DNA of 45,795 nucleotides, taken from an uncultured Blautia sp. (lineage in GTDB: Bacteria > Bacillota > Clostridia > Lachnospirales > Lachnospiraceae). The notes under the pieces are model-generated. The model ran no database searches, was not told where the DNA came from, and saw only the letters and a program-made list of their open reading frames with translations. Where the stretch lies: contig CAMOXX010000001.1 of assembly GCA_946629475.1 (NCBI GenBank), forward strand, positions 1 to 45,795, written 5' to 3'. This document shows positions 1 to 9,137 of the stretch, piece after piece. The position numbers and the translations under genes were made by a program. How positions within the stretch are numbered: position 1 is the first letter of the stretch; the number at the start of each line of letters is the position of its first letter.

Positions 1-11
1 CGTCTCGTTGC

Positions 12-40
12 ATTATATGGGTATTGTGGTAATCTGTCAA
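12..40 (-). promoter_or_regulatory. Consensus sigma70/SigA promoter firing leftwards out of the window
   Basis: Minus strand TTGACA (40-35), 17 bp spacer, TATAAT (17-12). An AT-rich UP-like tract lies at 41-62. Confidence 0.8.
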
Positions 41-67
41 GTTTTTTATTTATTTAAGAAAATCAGG

Positions 68-1279
68 TCACTTTACCGCCGCAAGAAAATAGCGATAAAT
101 CAGGGATGTAGTCGCCTCGCTGTAATGCACACGGTCGCCCGAAAGGTATGACACACCTTTTTTTGCCAGATAGCTGTAAAGATTAAGATATTTCACGCCT
201 GAGCCAAGCGACAGAGCAGTTTTCTTAAGATACGTGTTAAATCTGACAAGATCACTGTCGGTACTGCCGTATCCATCTTTTCCGCCAAGGAACTGGCCCA
301 GTCCGGCCAGATACACACGGGCTCCCTTTGCTTTCCACTGAGGTACTGCCATTTTGTAGAATGCAGCATATCTGTTGTAATAATCGTAATCGTTGGTTCC
401 GATCCACACACAGATGTCCGTATTGCCGTCGAGTGCTGAGAGAATCTGGCTCTGGATCTCAGCGCTTGAGAGCCAGTCAATGCCGATGTTTGATTTCGCG
501 ATATAGCTCACGCCGGCACTCTGGCACCATGTGCTCATAAAAAGGACTCTCGAATCGCCGACCACCAGCAGCTTCCGGCCAGTCCCGGTCATTGCGGGTG
601 ATTCCTCGTCGGAATACTTTTCCAGGCTCTTGCTTTTTCCAAAGCTGCCATAGGCGACGCTGTCGACATTCTTTGAGTATGCGCGTACCTTGTAGTAGTA
701 GGTTCTGTTTGTAACCAGCCTGGTGTCGCGGACCGCATGAACACTGGAGCTTTCGATCGTAGCGATCTTCTGATAATCACCATTCGCCGCCACGGATCTG
801 TATATTTCGTATCCGTCAGCATAAGAATTCTTCTTCCACGTGACAACACCGCTGTCACTTTTGTCTCTCGAAGTGCTCGTAATCACCGTGCTGGGAGAAG
901 GTGCTGTCTTAACCTTCACGCTGCAGAATCCGCTGTAAATCTTCTTTCCGTTTACCCGGGTATATGACCTCATCCGATAATAATAGGTCAGGTTATATTT
1001 CCCGCGGATCTTCAATTTAGTAGTATTTCCGCTGATGGATTTGAACCAGTGGAACTTTCTGTCGGAATTCAGTTTAAACAGCTCATATCCTGTCGCACCG
1101 GGAACTTTATCCCATTTGATTGTTACGTAATTCGCCCTGGCTGAGCCGACTGCCGCCGGTTTTTCAGGAGCGGTCACTTCAGCCCTGACTGCTGCAGCAG
1201 TGCCCGGCAGCCACAGGGACAGCAGGAATGCTGCCGCAAGGATAAACGCCGCCGAACACTTACGCAAATGTCTTTTCAT
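68..1279 (-). CDS. Secreted protein with fibronectin type III-like repeats and a C-terminal SGNH/GDSL hydrolase domain
   Basis: Signal peptide (MKRHLRK...AAAVRA); FN3-like motifs (W-x-KVPGATGYE, YYYRMRSY, TWKK...GYEIYRS, YYYKVRAY); SGNH blocks GDSR, GTND and DRVH. Start moved to ATG 1279, downstream of a GGAGGA RBS. Confidence 0.75.
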   Translation of the reverse strand: MKRHLRKCSAAFILAAAFLLSLWLPGTAAAVRAEVTAPEKPAAVGSARANYVTIKWDKVPGATGYELFKLNSDRKFHWFKSISGNTTKLKIRGKYNLTYYYRMRSYTRVNGKKIYSGFCSVKVKTAPSPSTVITSTSRDKSDSGVVTWKKNSYADGYEIYRSVAANGDYQKIATIESSSVHAVRDTRLVTNRTYYYKVRAYSKNVDSVAYGSFGKSKSLEKYSDEESPAMTGTGRKLLVVGDSRVLFMSTWCQSAGVSYIAKSNIGIDWLSSAEIQSQILSALDGNTDICVWIGTNDYDYYNRYAAFYKMAVPQWKAKGARVYLAGLGQFLGGKDGYGSTDSDLVRFNTYLKKTALSLGSGVKYLNLYSYLAKKGVSYLSGDRVHYSEATTSLIYRYFLAAVK

Positions 1280-1311
1280 AAAATCCTCCATACTGCTTTA
1301 AAAGTAACTGA

Positions 1312-1854
1312 TTATTCGGAAATCTCCGCTTCCTCCGGTACCGCCTCTTCTGTTTCTTCAGCGGCTTCCTCCGGCGCTGTCACTTCCTCGGCATCTTCAT
1401 CTTCTGCAGGGGCATCCTCAGCGTCAGAATTTCCGGGGATCTCCTCAAACTCAGGTTCCTCTTCTTCTTCCGGTTCGGGATCCGGAACCGGTGTTCCGCA
1501 GTACGGGCAGAATGAAGCATATTTATCAACTTCCTTCTTGCAGGCCGGGCAGATTTTCTGTCCTTTCTTTCCTGCAGCATCCGCCTTCAGCTCATCAGCG
1601 GCATCTTCATGCCCCTTAATCTCCTCACAGAGAGATACCAGGTCGCTGTCCACTTCCCCGCCTTCGAGAAATCTGGAATAAACAATCCTGCCGATGTCCG
1701 TCATAAGCTTTTCAGCCATGCGCTCTTCACCGGCTATTCTGCTTCTCAGCTTCTGGGTTTCGTAGACAGAATTGACTCTCTCTGTCAGACTCTGAGCTTT
1801 TTTCGAAAGCGTTCCGCCCAGCTCGTCAAAAAAGTCCTTAGCCATAGTAACCAT
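1312..1854 (-). CDS. Zinc-ribbon domain protein with N-terminal helical region and highly acidic tail
   Basis: CPAC...CPYCG double CxxC motif, E/D-rich C-terminus, AAGGAG RBS. Confidence 0.75.
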   Translation of the reverse strand: MVTMAKDFFDELGGTLSKKAQSLTERVNSVYETQKLRSRIAGEERMAEKLMTDIGRIVYSRFLEGGEVDSDLVSLCEEIKGHEDAADELKADAAGKKGQKICPACKKEVDKYASFCPYCGTPVPDPEPEEEEEPEFEEIPGNSDAEDAPAEDEDAEEVTAPEEAAEETEEAVPEEAEISE

Positions 1855-1911
1855 CTCCTTTTCTTTTATTCAGAAACAGCCGGCCGCAAGAACCGGCATG
1901 CTCCGCCAAAT

Positions 1912-3339
1912 CTACATACTCCCCGGCAGAACCCCTTCCTGCCCCCGCATATAGATCCCCGGACCTCCGCGGCCCTCAATATACTCCCTCGTAATGACGA
2001 CCTGTCCGATGCTGTCGTCCTTCGGGATCTCGTACATAATATCCAGCATATACTTCTCCAGGACAGCCCGGAGTGCCCTTGCGCCTGTGTCCTTCTCCAT
2101 CGCCTTCGCGGCAATCGCATACAGCGCGCCGTCATCAAAGGCAAGCCTGACCTCATCCATCGCCAGAAGCTTCTGATACTGCTTCAGAATGGCGTTCTTC
2201 GGCTCCTTCAGGATACGCACCAGCATATCCTCCGTGAGACCGTCCATCGTAAATACAACAGGCAGTCTGCCCAGGAACTCCGGGATCATCCCGAATTTCC
2301 GAAGATCTTCCACCGTCACTTTTTCAAGCAGATGGGGATCATTGTCATACTTGTCCTTCAGGTCGGCATAAAAACCGATGGAGGCCTGCTTGTTCAGTCT
2401 CTCCTTGATGATACTGTCAAGATCGGGAAATGCTCCGCCGCAGATAAACAGGATGTTGCTCGTATTGACGATCGCCATGGGCACCATCGCGTTTTTGCTG
2501 CTGGCACCGACGGGAACCTCAATTTCACTCCCCTCAAGGAGCTTCAGCATCCCCTGCTGGACCGCTTCCCCACTGACATCTCTCTGATTGGTATTTTTCT
2601 TTTTGGCAATCTTATCGATCTCATCGATAAAGATGATGCCGTGCTCCGCCTTCTCCACATCGTTGTCCGCTGCGGCGAGCAGCTTGGATACCACACTCTC
2701 GATGTCATCGCCGATATACCCGGCTTCGGTTAAAGATGTAGCATCCGCTATCGCGAGCGGCACATCCAGCAGTTTTGCCAGTGTCTTTACCAGATACGTT
2801 TTTCCGCAGCCTGTCGGGCCGATCATCAGCATGTTGGACTTTTCGATTTCGACTCCGTCCTCCATATCCGACGCTACTCTTTTGTAATGATTGTATACAG
2901 CCACGGACATTACTTTTTTCGCGTAATCCTGTCCGATGACATGCTCATCCAGGGCAGCCTTGATCCGATGAGGCGAAGGGATTCTGCGGAAGTCAAAGGA
3001 AGGAGCCTTCGCGTCCGTCTTTTTTTCCGCTTCTTTCTTCTTTTTCACTTTTTTCGGGGTTCCTGCGGGGTTGTTAAACGCACTCAGGTCAAGCATACTG
3101 ATATTTGGAATATTGATCATTCCCGAAGGATTGAAAACGCCGTCCGGGAACTGGGTATTCATCATATCGAAGCTTTTCTGCATGCAGTCCGTGCAAATAT
3201 GAATATCGTTCGGAAGAACAATCATTCCGCTGCATTCCGATTCCGGTCTTCTGCAGAGGAAACAGAAGCTTTCATATTCCTTGTCATCTTCAGATGATTC
3301 TTCTGTCTTCCGTTCAAATTCGTCAAAATCTTCTGCCAT
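1912..3339 (-). CDS. clpX: ATP-dependent Clp protease ATP-binding subunit ClpX (atypical paralog)
   Basis: C4 zinc-binding domain (CFLC...CTDC), Walker A GPTGCGKT, pore loop EAGYIGDD, Walker B IIFIDEIDK, RDVSGE, IGF loop and sensor TGARALR. Start ATG 3339 follows AAGGAG. Confidence 0.92.
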   Translation of the reverse strand: MAEDFDEFERKTEESSEDDKEYESFCFLCRRPESECSGMIVLPNDIHICTDCMQKSFDMMNTQFPDGVFNPSGMINIPNISMLDLSAFNNPAGTPKKVKKKKEAEKKTDAKAPSFDFRRIPSPHRIKAALDEHVIGQDYAKKVMSVAVYNHYKRVASDMEDGVEIEKSNMLMIGPTGCGKTYLVKTLAKLLDVPLAIADATSLTEAGYIGDDIESVVSKLLAAADNDVEKAEHGIIFIDEIDKIAKKKNTNQRDVSGEAVQQGMLKLLEGSEIEVPVGASSKNAMVPMAIVNTSNILFICGGAFPDLDSIIKERLNKQASIGFYADLKDKYDNDPHLLEKVTVEDLRKFGMIPEFLGRLPVVFTMDGLTEDMLVRILKEPKNAILKQYQKLLAMDEVRLAFDDGALYAIAAKAMEKDTGARALRAVLEKYMLDIMYEIPKDDSIGQVVITREYIEGRGGPGIYMRGQEGVLPGSM

Positions 3340-3407
3340 TGATACTCCTTTCGGTATTATTACAGAATATTGCACAACATATTAAGGACAAAATCCCGCC
3401 AGTTCGA

Positions 3408-3437
3408 ATTATACCACATTATGTAAAGAAATCACAA
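3408..3437 (-). promoter_or_regulatory. Putative extended -10 promoter for clpX
   Basis: Minus strand TGgTATAAT (3416-3408) with a weak TTGTGA 18 bp upstream, in an AT-rich intergenic gap. Confidence 0.5.
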
Positions 3438-3468
3438 TACTTTTTTAAAAATTTAACAATTTAGTGAT

Positions 3469-4893
3469 TTATCCGTCCTGAGGCCTGGCACCCATCGTTA
3501 CATATACCGACTGCTCTTCATAAACTCCCGATGCATTCTTTCTCGCAATCACAATCTCGACGCTCTCACCCGCGCGGTAATACGCAAGCTTTTCAATCAG
3601 ATCCGTGCGGTCCTGCACAGGATATCCGTCCAGTTCCGTAATGATATCGCCCTGCTGGATTCCTGCGTTAAACGCAGCTCCGCCCTCGAAGGCTTCTGCC
3701 ACAAATGCTCCTTCAGGGATACCGTACATTCTGGAAGCTTCCCATCCCATGTCCGCTACGGAAACTCCGAGATAAGCGGCCGACGAGCTGTCAGCCTTAG
3801 TTCTCGTCTCCCTTGTCATCAGTTCATTCAGGATCGGCGAAGCCTTTGAAATAGGGATCGCGTATCCCATGCCTTCCACTCTGCTGTCAGCATATTTTGC
3901 GGAATTGATCCCAATCACTTCGCCATTCATATTCAGGAGGGCGCCGCCGCTGTTTCCCGGATTGATGGCGGCATCTGTCTGGATCAGTCCTTCAGCCACG
4001 GATGTCCCGGCCGAAATTGAACGGTTCAGGGCACTGATCCAGCCGGATGTAACCGACTGGCCATAGCCAAGCGCATTTCCGATCGCAACCACCTGTTCTC
4101 CGACAACCAGATCATCAGAATCCCCAAGGGTAGCAATTTTAATCCTGCTCATTGTCTCTGAAGGAATATCCGACTTGTTAACTGCCACGACGGCCAGATC
4201 ATTATCTGCATCCGTTCCCTTGATCGACGCGCTTACCGCCCCGTCATAGTTAAGGTCGCTTGTTATCCTGCTCATCAGGCTCTGCCACTCCGAAGCCTTC
4301 TGCTCATCGCCTCCGATAAAAAGGACGCTGAGTGTCGATGCGCCGGAAACCACATGATTGTTCGTCGCAATCAGAAGCTCATCCTCATTTTCACCGACAA
4401 TGATTCCTGATCCGCTGCCCGCGCTCTCATACCTCTGACTGCGGTACCCGAAAAAGTCCGGGATTTCCTGGATGCTCACTGTTGTGATAGCCACAACGGC
4501 AGGCATGCATTCCGCAGCGACATCCGCCACCGCTCCTTTTCCCGTCACGGAAGCGGCTTCCGATGAGCTTGCCGCCTGGCTTCCATAAGTTTCCGCAGGG
4601 ACAGTTTCTTCGTGGACGAGCGGCTCTGTGCGGCTGATTACGGAAGAAGGGGCTGTGCTGCCGGAAATGTCCGGCGCGGATACAGCCCGCAGGACAAGTC
4701 CGGAAACCAGTCCGAACACTGCAGCCACGGCAGCCGTTTTCAAAAGCAGAACGCCAAAGCTTTGTCTTTTTTTCTCTTCTCTGCCGGAGTTCCCGCCGGT
4801 TCTCCGGTTTATATTATAATAGCCGTACCGGGAAGGTTTTGCCTTGTCAGTACTACCCGCATAATCATCTCCGGTCCAGAATCCGTCACTCAT
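3469..4893 (-). CDS. htrA: HtrA/DegP-family membrane-anchored serine protease with PDZ domain
   Basis: N-terminal TM helix; catalytic motifs TNNHVV, DLAVV and IQTDAAINPGNSGGAL; C-terminal PDZ (AYLGV...AGIQQGDII). Confidence 0.92.
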   Translation of the reverse strand: MSDGFWTGDDYAGSTDKAKPSRYGYYNINRRTGGNSGREEKKRQSFGVLLLKTAAVAAVFGLVSGLVLRAVSAPDISGSTAPSSVISRTEPLVHEETVPAETYGSQAASSSEAASVTGKGAVADVAAECMPAVVAITTVSIQEIPDFFGYRSQRYESAGSGSGIIVGENEDELLIATNNHVVSGASTLSVLFIGGDEQKASEWQSLMSRITSDLNYDGAVSASIKGTDADNDLAVVAVNKSDIPSETMSRIKIATLGDSDDLVVGEQVVAIGNALGYGQSVTSGWISALNRSISAGTSVAEGLIQTDAAINPGNSGGALLNMNGEVIGINSAKYADSRVEGMGYAIPISKASPILNELMTRETRTKADSSSAAYLGVSVADMGWEASRMYGIPEGAFVAEAFEGGAAFNAGIQQGDIITELDGYPVQDRTDLIEKLAYYRAGESVEIVIARKNASGVYEEQSVYVTMGARPQDG

Positions 4894-4941
4894 ATTCTGA
4901 CCTCCATACCACGTTTTTGTGTAGTGTATCAGGGAAATGTG

Positions 4942-5865
4942 TTAAAAATGTGACTGATTCCAATATTCTTTGTTGAATGTACATGCCCGGATAATGCGGG
5001 ATGGAAGCTGGCGGTATCTGCACCCGAGCGTATATCCGGCATATTTTGCCGCGCTCATAATAATGAGCTCCGGGATCCGTCCGATATGGCCATTTGAGGC
5101 AAGATACCGCGCCGTCTCCTTCACGAGCCGGATTCCTTCCCCTTCTGAACGGATGCCTCCAAATACTTCCGGATACTCTGCCTGGGAGACCCCTATGTCA
5201 AAATTCCGATGAAACTGTTCAGCCGGATTATAATTGTGGGAATGATAAACTTCCGCCTCTGCCGCGTAGGCCACGCCGTACCCCGCATGCATCAGCCTGG
5301 ACGCCATGATCATATCCTCATTAAAAATTGTTTTCTCCGGGAATCCACCCGCGGCGAGATAACTGCTTCTCCGATATGCGGCACACACGTTTGAGCAGAA
5401 AAATGTCTTGATCCCATACCTGTCTGTGTCCTCCAGATGGCGGACACAGGATTCATCCGGGTAGTTAAAAGCACGGGTGCGCCGCTCAATCACACCGCTC
5501 CCCTTTTTTGGCCTCTGTCTCGCATAAGCTGCTGCCGTATCAGGTGATCCTGTGATCGGAGCAGTCAGTTTTTCCAGAAGGTTCTTTCTCACAGGAACTG
5601 CATCCTGCGTCATAAAAACCAGAATATCCGCCCCGGACCTCTCCGCCGCTTCACTTCTGGTTCCGCCATGGTCAAACTCCTCCTTACGGATATGCCTTAC
5701 CTCGAGAAGCGGAAACTGTGCTTCCCATTCGGGATTCCAGTATTCCTCTCCGGTATTCACCACTGAAATATGCTCCGGCAGCACGCTCTGCGCGGACAGA
5801 CGTTTCAGGATCTCACAGAACTCCCGGCCGGGCCGGTATGTTGGAATAATCACATCTATCTTCAT
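4942..5865 (-). CDS. Glycosyltransferase family 2, rhamnosyltransferase-like
   Basis: VIIPTY start, FDHGGTR, FMTQDA, FCSNVCAAY and NEDM motifs, typical of RfbN/RgpB-like rhamnosyltransferases. Confidence 0.8.
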   Translation of the reverse strand: MKIDVIIPTYRPGREFCEILKRLSAQSVLPEHISVVNTGEEYWNPEWEAQFPLLEVRHIRKEEFDHGGTRSEAAERSGADILVFMTQDAVPVRKNLLEKLTAPITGSPDTAAAYARQRPKKGSGVIERRTRAFNYPDESCVRHLEDTDRYGIKTFFCSNVCAAYRRSSYLAAGGFPEKTIFNEDMIMASRLMHAGYGVAYAAEAEVYHSHNYNPAEQFHRNFDIGVSQAEYPEVFGGIRSEGEGIRLVKETARYLASNGHIGRIPELIIMSAAKYAGYTLGCRYRQLPSRIIRACTFNKEYWNQSHF

Positions 5866-5883
5866 TTTTCACCCTCAAGCAAG

Positions 5884-5910
5884 CAGCAGCCCGGGCAGGG
5901 CTGCTGTTTT
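5884..5910. terminator. GC-rich hairpin between the LCP and GT2 genes (terminator or mRNA stabiliser)
   Basis: CAGCAGCCC (5884-5892) / GGGCTGCTG (5898-5906). The T-tract follows on the plus strand and is weak on the coding strand. Confidence 0.5.
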
Positions 5911-5927
5911 GTTTACATATCACATTA

Positions 5928-7565
5928 TCAGGCGGCCTCCGCGCCATAATCGGCACCGTCCGGATTTCCTCCATCGTACCCGGTGTCAAACCCTGCGTCA
6001 CCGTATTCTCCGATATCTCCTCCGGAATCGTAGCTGAAAGCATCTCCGGAATCATAACCGGAATCCGTTCCGCCGTCCGTGTAGGAAGATTCGCTCACAC
6101 CCGCGTCATAGCCGGGGTCTGTATATACAGGTTCAGCCGGAAGCTCTGACTGGAGCTCCGTGGATTCCGGGAGCGTCCCGCTGTCCGGTGCCTGATAGCT
6201 GTCCCCCGGATCATAGGCTGTCCCTTCGTCTGCAGGAGCGCTTGCGGGCTCCGCCGTGATGGTATCTGATGCAATGACGGTATCGGGAGCAGCATCCATA
6301 TAAGAATCCGTTTCTGTATAAGAGGTCAGCTCCTCCGACGGATCTGAATAGGATTGCTCCGTCACAGTCATATATCCGTAATCCTCATAAGTATTTCCGC
6401 CGGAACCGTTGTCCTGCCAGAGGAAAATATCCTCGGCATCTCCCTTCTCATAAGTGACAGCCGGAGCCTCATCCCGGGTTTTTTCGGCGCCGCCGACAAT
6501 TTCGAGGATTTTATTGCTGCACTCTTCCACAGTCGGCGACGGTTCATAGCCGGCTTTTTCATAGAAAAACTCATGCAGGCCGGATACATTCACCGAGAGG
6601 GACATCGGTACGATAATGCTCCCGCGCACATCGGAAAACTTGTAGATCATCGGAAACCCGCCGGTCATATCGATCGTATAGCCCATCAGCTGTGGAAGCA
6701 TGCTCAGGATTTCCGTCTGGGAGAGGGATGTCCTCACCATAGGGAATACCCGGTCCATCAGCTTCATAATAGTCGGAAGCCCGGAAGAGACCGCCTTGGT
6801 GGCCAGCAGGCCGATCACACGTCTCTGCCGCTCTGTCCGGCCCATATCCAGGCTGCTGGTATAACGGATGCGGCAGTAGGATGTCACCTGCACCCCGTTC
6901 AGGTCATACAGCCCGAGAATCTCCTCCTGATCCTCCGGCTCTTTCTCCGGCAGCTCCACCGGAGTGTAGCTTTTTCCCGTCTCCTCAGCCGTCTCCACGC
7001 AGTAATTGTTCATGTGGACGATCTCCGCATAGGACAGGGGAACCGACAGACCTCCAAGCGCATCCACTGCCTCCGCCAGCGCGTTGAAGTCGATGGTGAT
7101 ATAATCGGTAATAGCCAGATCCAGGTTCCTGTTCAGCATATTGACTGCCTGTCGAGGCCCTCCGTAGGCATATGCGGCATTGGCCTTTGCATAAATATCA
7201 TCGCCGATATTCAGGAGGGTGTCGCGGTAGATCGAAACCAGCCTCACCTTCTGCGTATCATTATTGATACTGCAGATGATCATCGTATCACTGTTCTCCC
7301 CTGAGAGAGCTTCGTTCTGGTCACGGTGATCAATCCCGAAAAGCGCATATGTCCGGTAGCCTGTCATCCGCGGAACTTCCTCGTTGGTGACAATCACACC
7401 CTTTGATATTTTTCCCTCGTCATTCAGCGTTACCTCAGGAGCCTCGCTCACAATGGAAAGCCGTTCCGTCAGCTGTCCGTAGACATACAGCCCGCCGATC
7501 AGCAAAATCAGAACCACTGCCTCAGCCGCAAGCAGAATCCCCTTCAGAACTCTGTGCTTTTTCAT
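5928..7565 (-). CDS. LCP (LytR-CpsA-Psr) family wall-polymer ligase with long acidic C-terminal tail
   Basis: N-terminal TM helix; FGID, NSDTMII, SIYRDT, KANAAYAYGG, YCRIR and GRTERQR motifs. Confidence 0.9.
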   Translation of the reverse strand: MKKHRVLKGILLAAEAVVLILLIGGLYVYGQLTERLSIVSEAPEVTLNDEGKISKGVIVTNEEVPRMTGYRTYALFGIDHRDQNEALSGENSDTMIICSINNDTQKVRLVSIYRDTLLNIGDDIYAKANAAYAYGGPRQAVNMLNRNLDLAITDYITIDFNALAEAVDALGGLSVPLSYAEIVHMNNYCVETAEETGKSYTPVELPEKEPEDQEEILGLYDLNGVQVTSYCRIRYTSSLDMGRTERQRRVIGLLATKAVSSGLPTIMKLMDRVFPMVRTSLSQTEILSMLPQLMGYTIDMTGGFPMIYKFSDVRGSIIVPMSLSVNVSGLHEFFYEKAGYEPSPTVEECSNKILEIVGGAEKTRDEAPAVTYEKGDAEDIFLWQDNGSGGNTYEDYGYMTVTEQSYSDPSEELTSYTETDSYMDAAPDTVIASDTITAEPASAPADEGTAYDPGDSYQAPDSGTLPESTELQSELPAEPVYTDPGYDAGVSESSYTDGGTDSGYDSGDAFSYDSGGDIGEYGDAGFDTGYDGGNPDGADYGAEAA

Positions 7566-7575
7566 GTTTGTTCCC

Positions 7576-8979
7576 TCAATATGCGTTCTTATTGATAAAC
7601 CCTTTAAATACCGTCAGGATCAGGATCTTAATATCAAGCCCGACTGTCCAGTTTTCAATATAATAAAGATCATGGTCGATCCTCTTCCGGATGGAGGTAT
7701 CGCCCCGGTAGCCGTTCACCTGTGCCCACCCCGTCAGACCCGGGCGGACCTGGTGCTTGATCATGTAGCGCGGGATCTCCTCACGGAATTTTTCCACAAA
7801 AAACGGCCGTTCCGGTCTCGGCCCAACCAGACTCATCTGGCCGGTCAGGATATTGAACAGCTGCGGAAGCTCATCTATGCTGGTTCGACGCATAAACCTT
7901 CCCACCCGTGTAACTCTCGGGTCGTTTTTCACGGTCCATGCTTTTTTCTCCTGCTCCAGAGGCTGAACCTCCATGGAGCGGAACTTATACATCCAGAATG
8001 TTTTGTTGTGAAGTCCTACCCGCTCCTGCTTATAAATCAGGGGACCGGGCGAGGTCAGCTTGATCAGGATGCACATCGCCAGCATCAGAGGAGAAGAAAT
8101 GATGATTGCCATGAGAGAGCCGACAATGTCCATTCCCCTTTTGATCATTGCATTGAAGTTATTGCTCAGCGGGACATAGCGGATGTTGATGACCGGAAGT
8201 CCCTGGATATCCTCGGTATAAGGCCGGGTCGGGATAATGTTGCTGTAGTCCGGAATGAATTTTGTGTGCACGCCGGATTTTTCGCACATACTGACAATCT
8301 GCTCCAGCCGGTAATACTCGCTCAGGCTCAGAGTGATCGCGATCTCATCCAGACTGCTGTTCGGAAGTACAACCATCAGGTTGGCAATCCGCCCCAGGAC
8401 CTTGATTCCTCTGTATTTTGTCCCGGAAGGCACATTGTCATCCAGAATTCCTCGCACCACATACCCCCACTGGGGGTTTTCCAGTATCCTGTCGATATAT
8501 TCCTCACTGGCACGGCTGTAGCCCACCAGCAGCACCTGTTTCTGGTTGAGTCCCTTCCGCCTCATATCCCGAAGGATATAAAAGACGAGCATACGGACTC
8601 CCCACTCCAGGATCGTATTGACAAAGTAAAAGATAAAAAAAGTCAGACGGGAATAGTTATTCTCGTCGATCACATACAAAACAGAGATAATTACCAGAAG
8701 GCCGAGCGTATTCGCTTTAACTACATTTGAGAGGACCAGCCTCCTCCCCTGCATCCGCAGCGGAGTATAAAGAGAAAAGGCGTGGTACAGAAGCAGGTAT
8801 CCGGGTATGATGAATACCAGCAGAAACATGAAGTCGCTGAATGTTTTGGTCGTTATTGCGGAATCCGCAAAGGGTCCCCTGAATCTCATCCACCATGCAA
8901 GCAGGTAGGAAAAGCCGGTCACGAGGACATCAATGACAATATGTGCCCGGCTGAAATGTTTTTCGTTATCTATAATCAA
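7576..8979 (-). CDS. Undecaprenyl-phosphate glucose phosphotransferase (WcaJ/CpsE-type priming glycosyltransferase)
   Basis: Four N-terminal TM helices and a CoA-binding-like middle domain, then [43 protein letters not shown] and DLYYIENW. Confidence 0.93.
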   Translation of the reverse strand: MIIDNEKHFSRAHIVIDVLVTGFSYLLAWWMRFRGPFADSAITTKTFSDFMFLLVFIIPGYLLLYHAFSLYTPLRMQGRRLVLSNVVKANTLGLLVIISVLYVIDENNYSRLTFFIFYFVNTILEWGVRMLVFYILRDMRRKGLNQKQVLLVGYSRASEEYIDRILENPQWGYVVRGILDDNVPSGTKYRGIKVLGRIANLMVVLPNSSLDEIAITLSLSEYYRLEQIVSMCEKSGVHTKFIPDYSNIIPTRPYTEDIQGLPVINIRYVPLSNNFNAMIKRGMDIVGSLMAIIISSPLMLAMCILIKLTSPGPLIYKQERVGLHNKTFWMYKFRSMEVQPLEQEKKAWTVKNDPRVTRVGRFMRRTSIDELPQLFNILTGQMSLVGPRPERPFFVEKFREEIPRYMIKHQVRPGLTGWAQVNGYRGDTSIRKRIDHDLYYIENWTVGLDIKILILTVFKGFINKNAY

Positions 8980-9056
8980 TTTTTGCCACCTCTGTCTAAA
9001 CTGTAACCGGGCAAAAGCACTGCATCCCTGTGTGCCATTTTTTTACAATACTTAGA

Positions 9057-9092
9057 CAAAACAAAAGACAGTCTGTAAAATCGACTGTCTTT
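9057..9092 (-). terminator. Intrinsic terminator downstream of the GT2 pair
   Basis: Perfect 10 bp inverted repeat AAAGACAGTC (9064-9073) / GACTGTCTTT (9083-9092); the minus strand continues TTTTGTTTTG. Confidence 0.65.
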
Positions 9093-9137
9093 ATCTTATA
9101 ATATCTGTAACAGAATTTCAATATTTTCTTTCTCTTT

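Noticed and set aside
9021-9037. Sigma54-like TGGCAC...TGCA upstream of the priming transferase (minus strand)
   Set aside because: The GG-to-GC spacing is 11 bp rather than the strictly required 10 bp.
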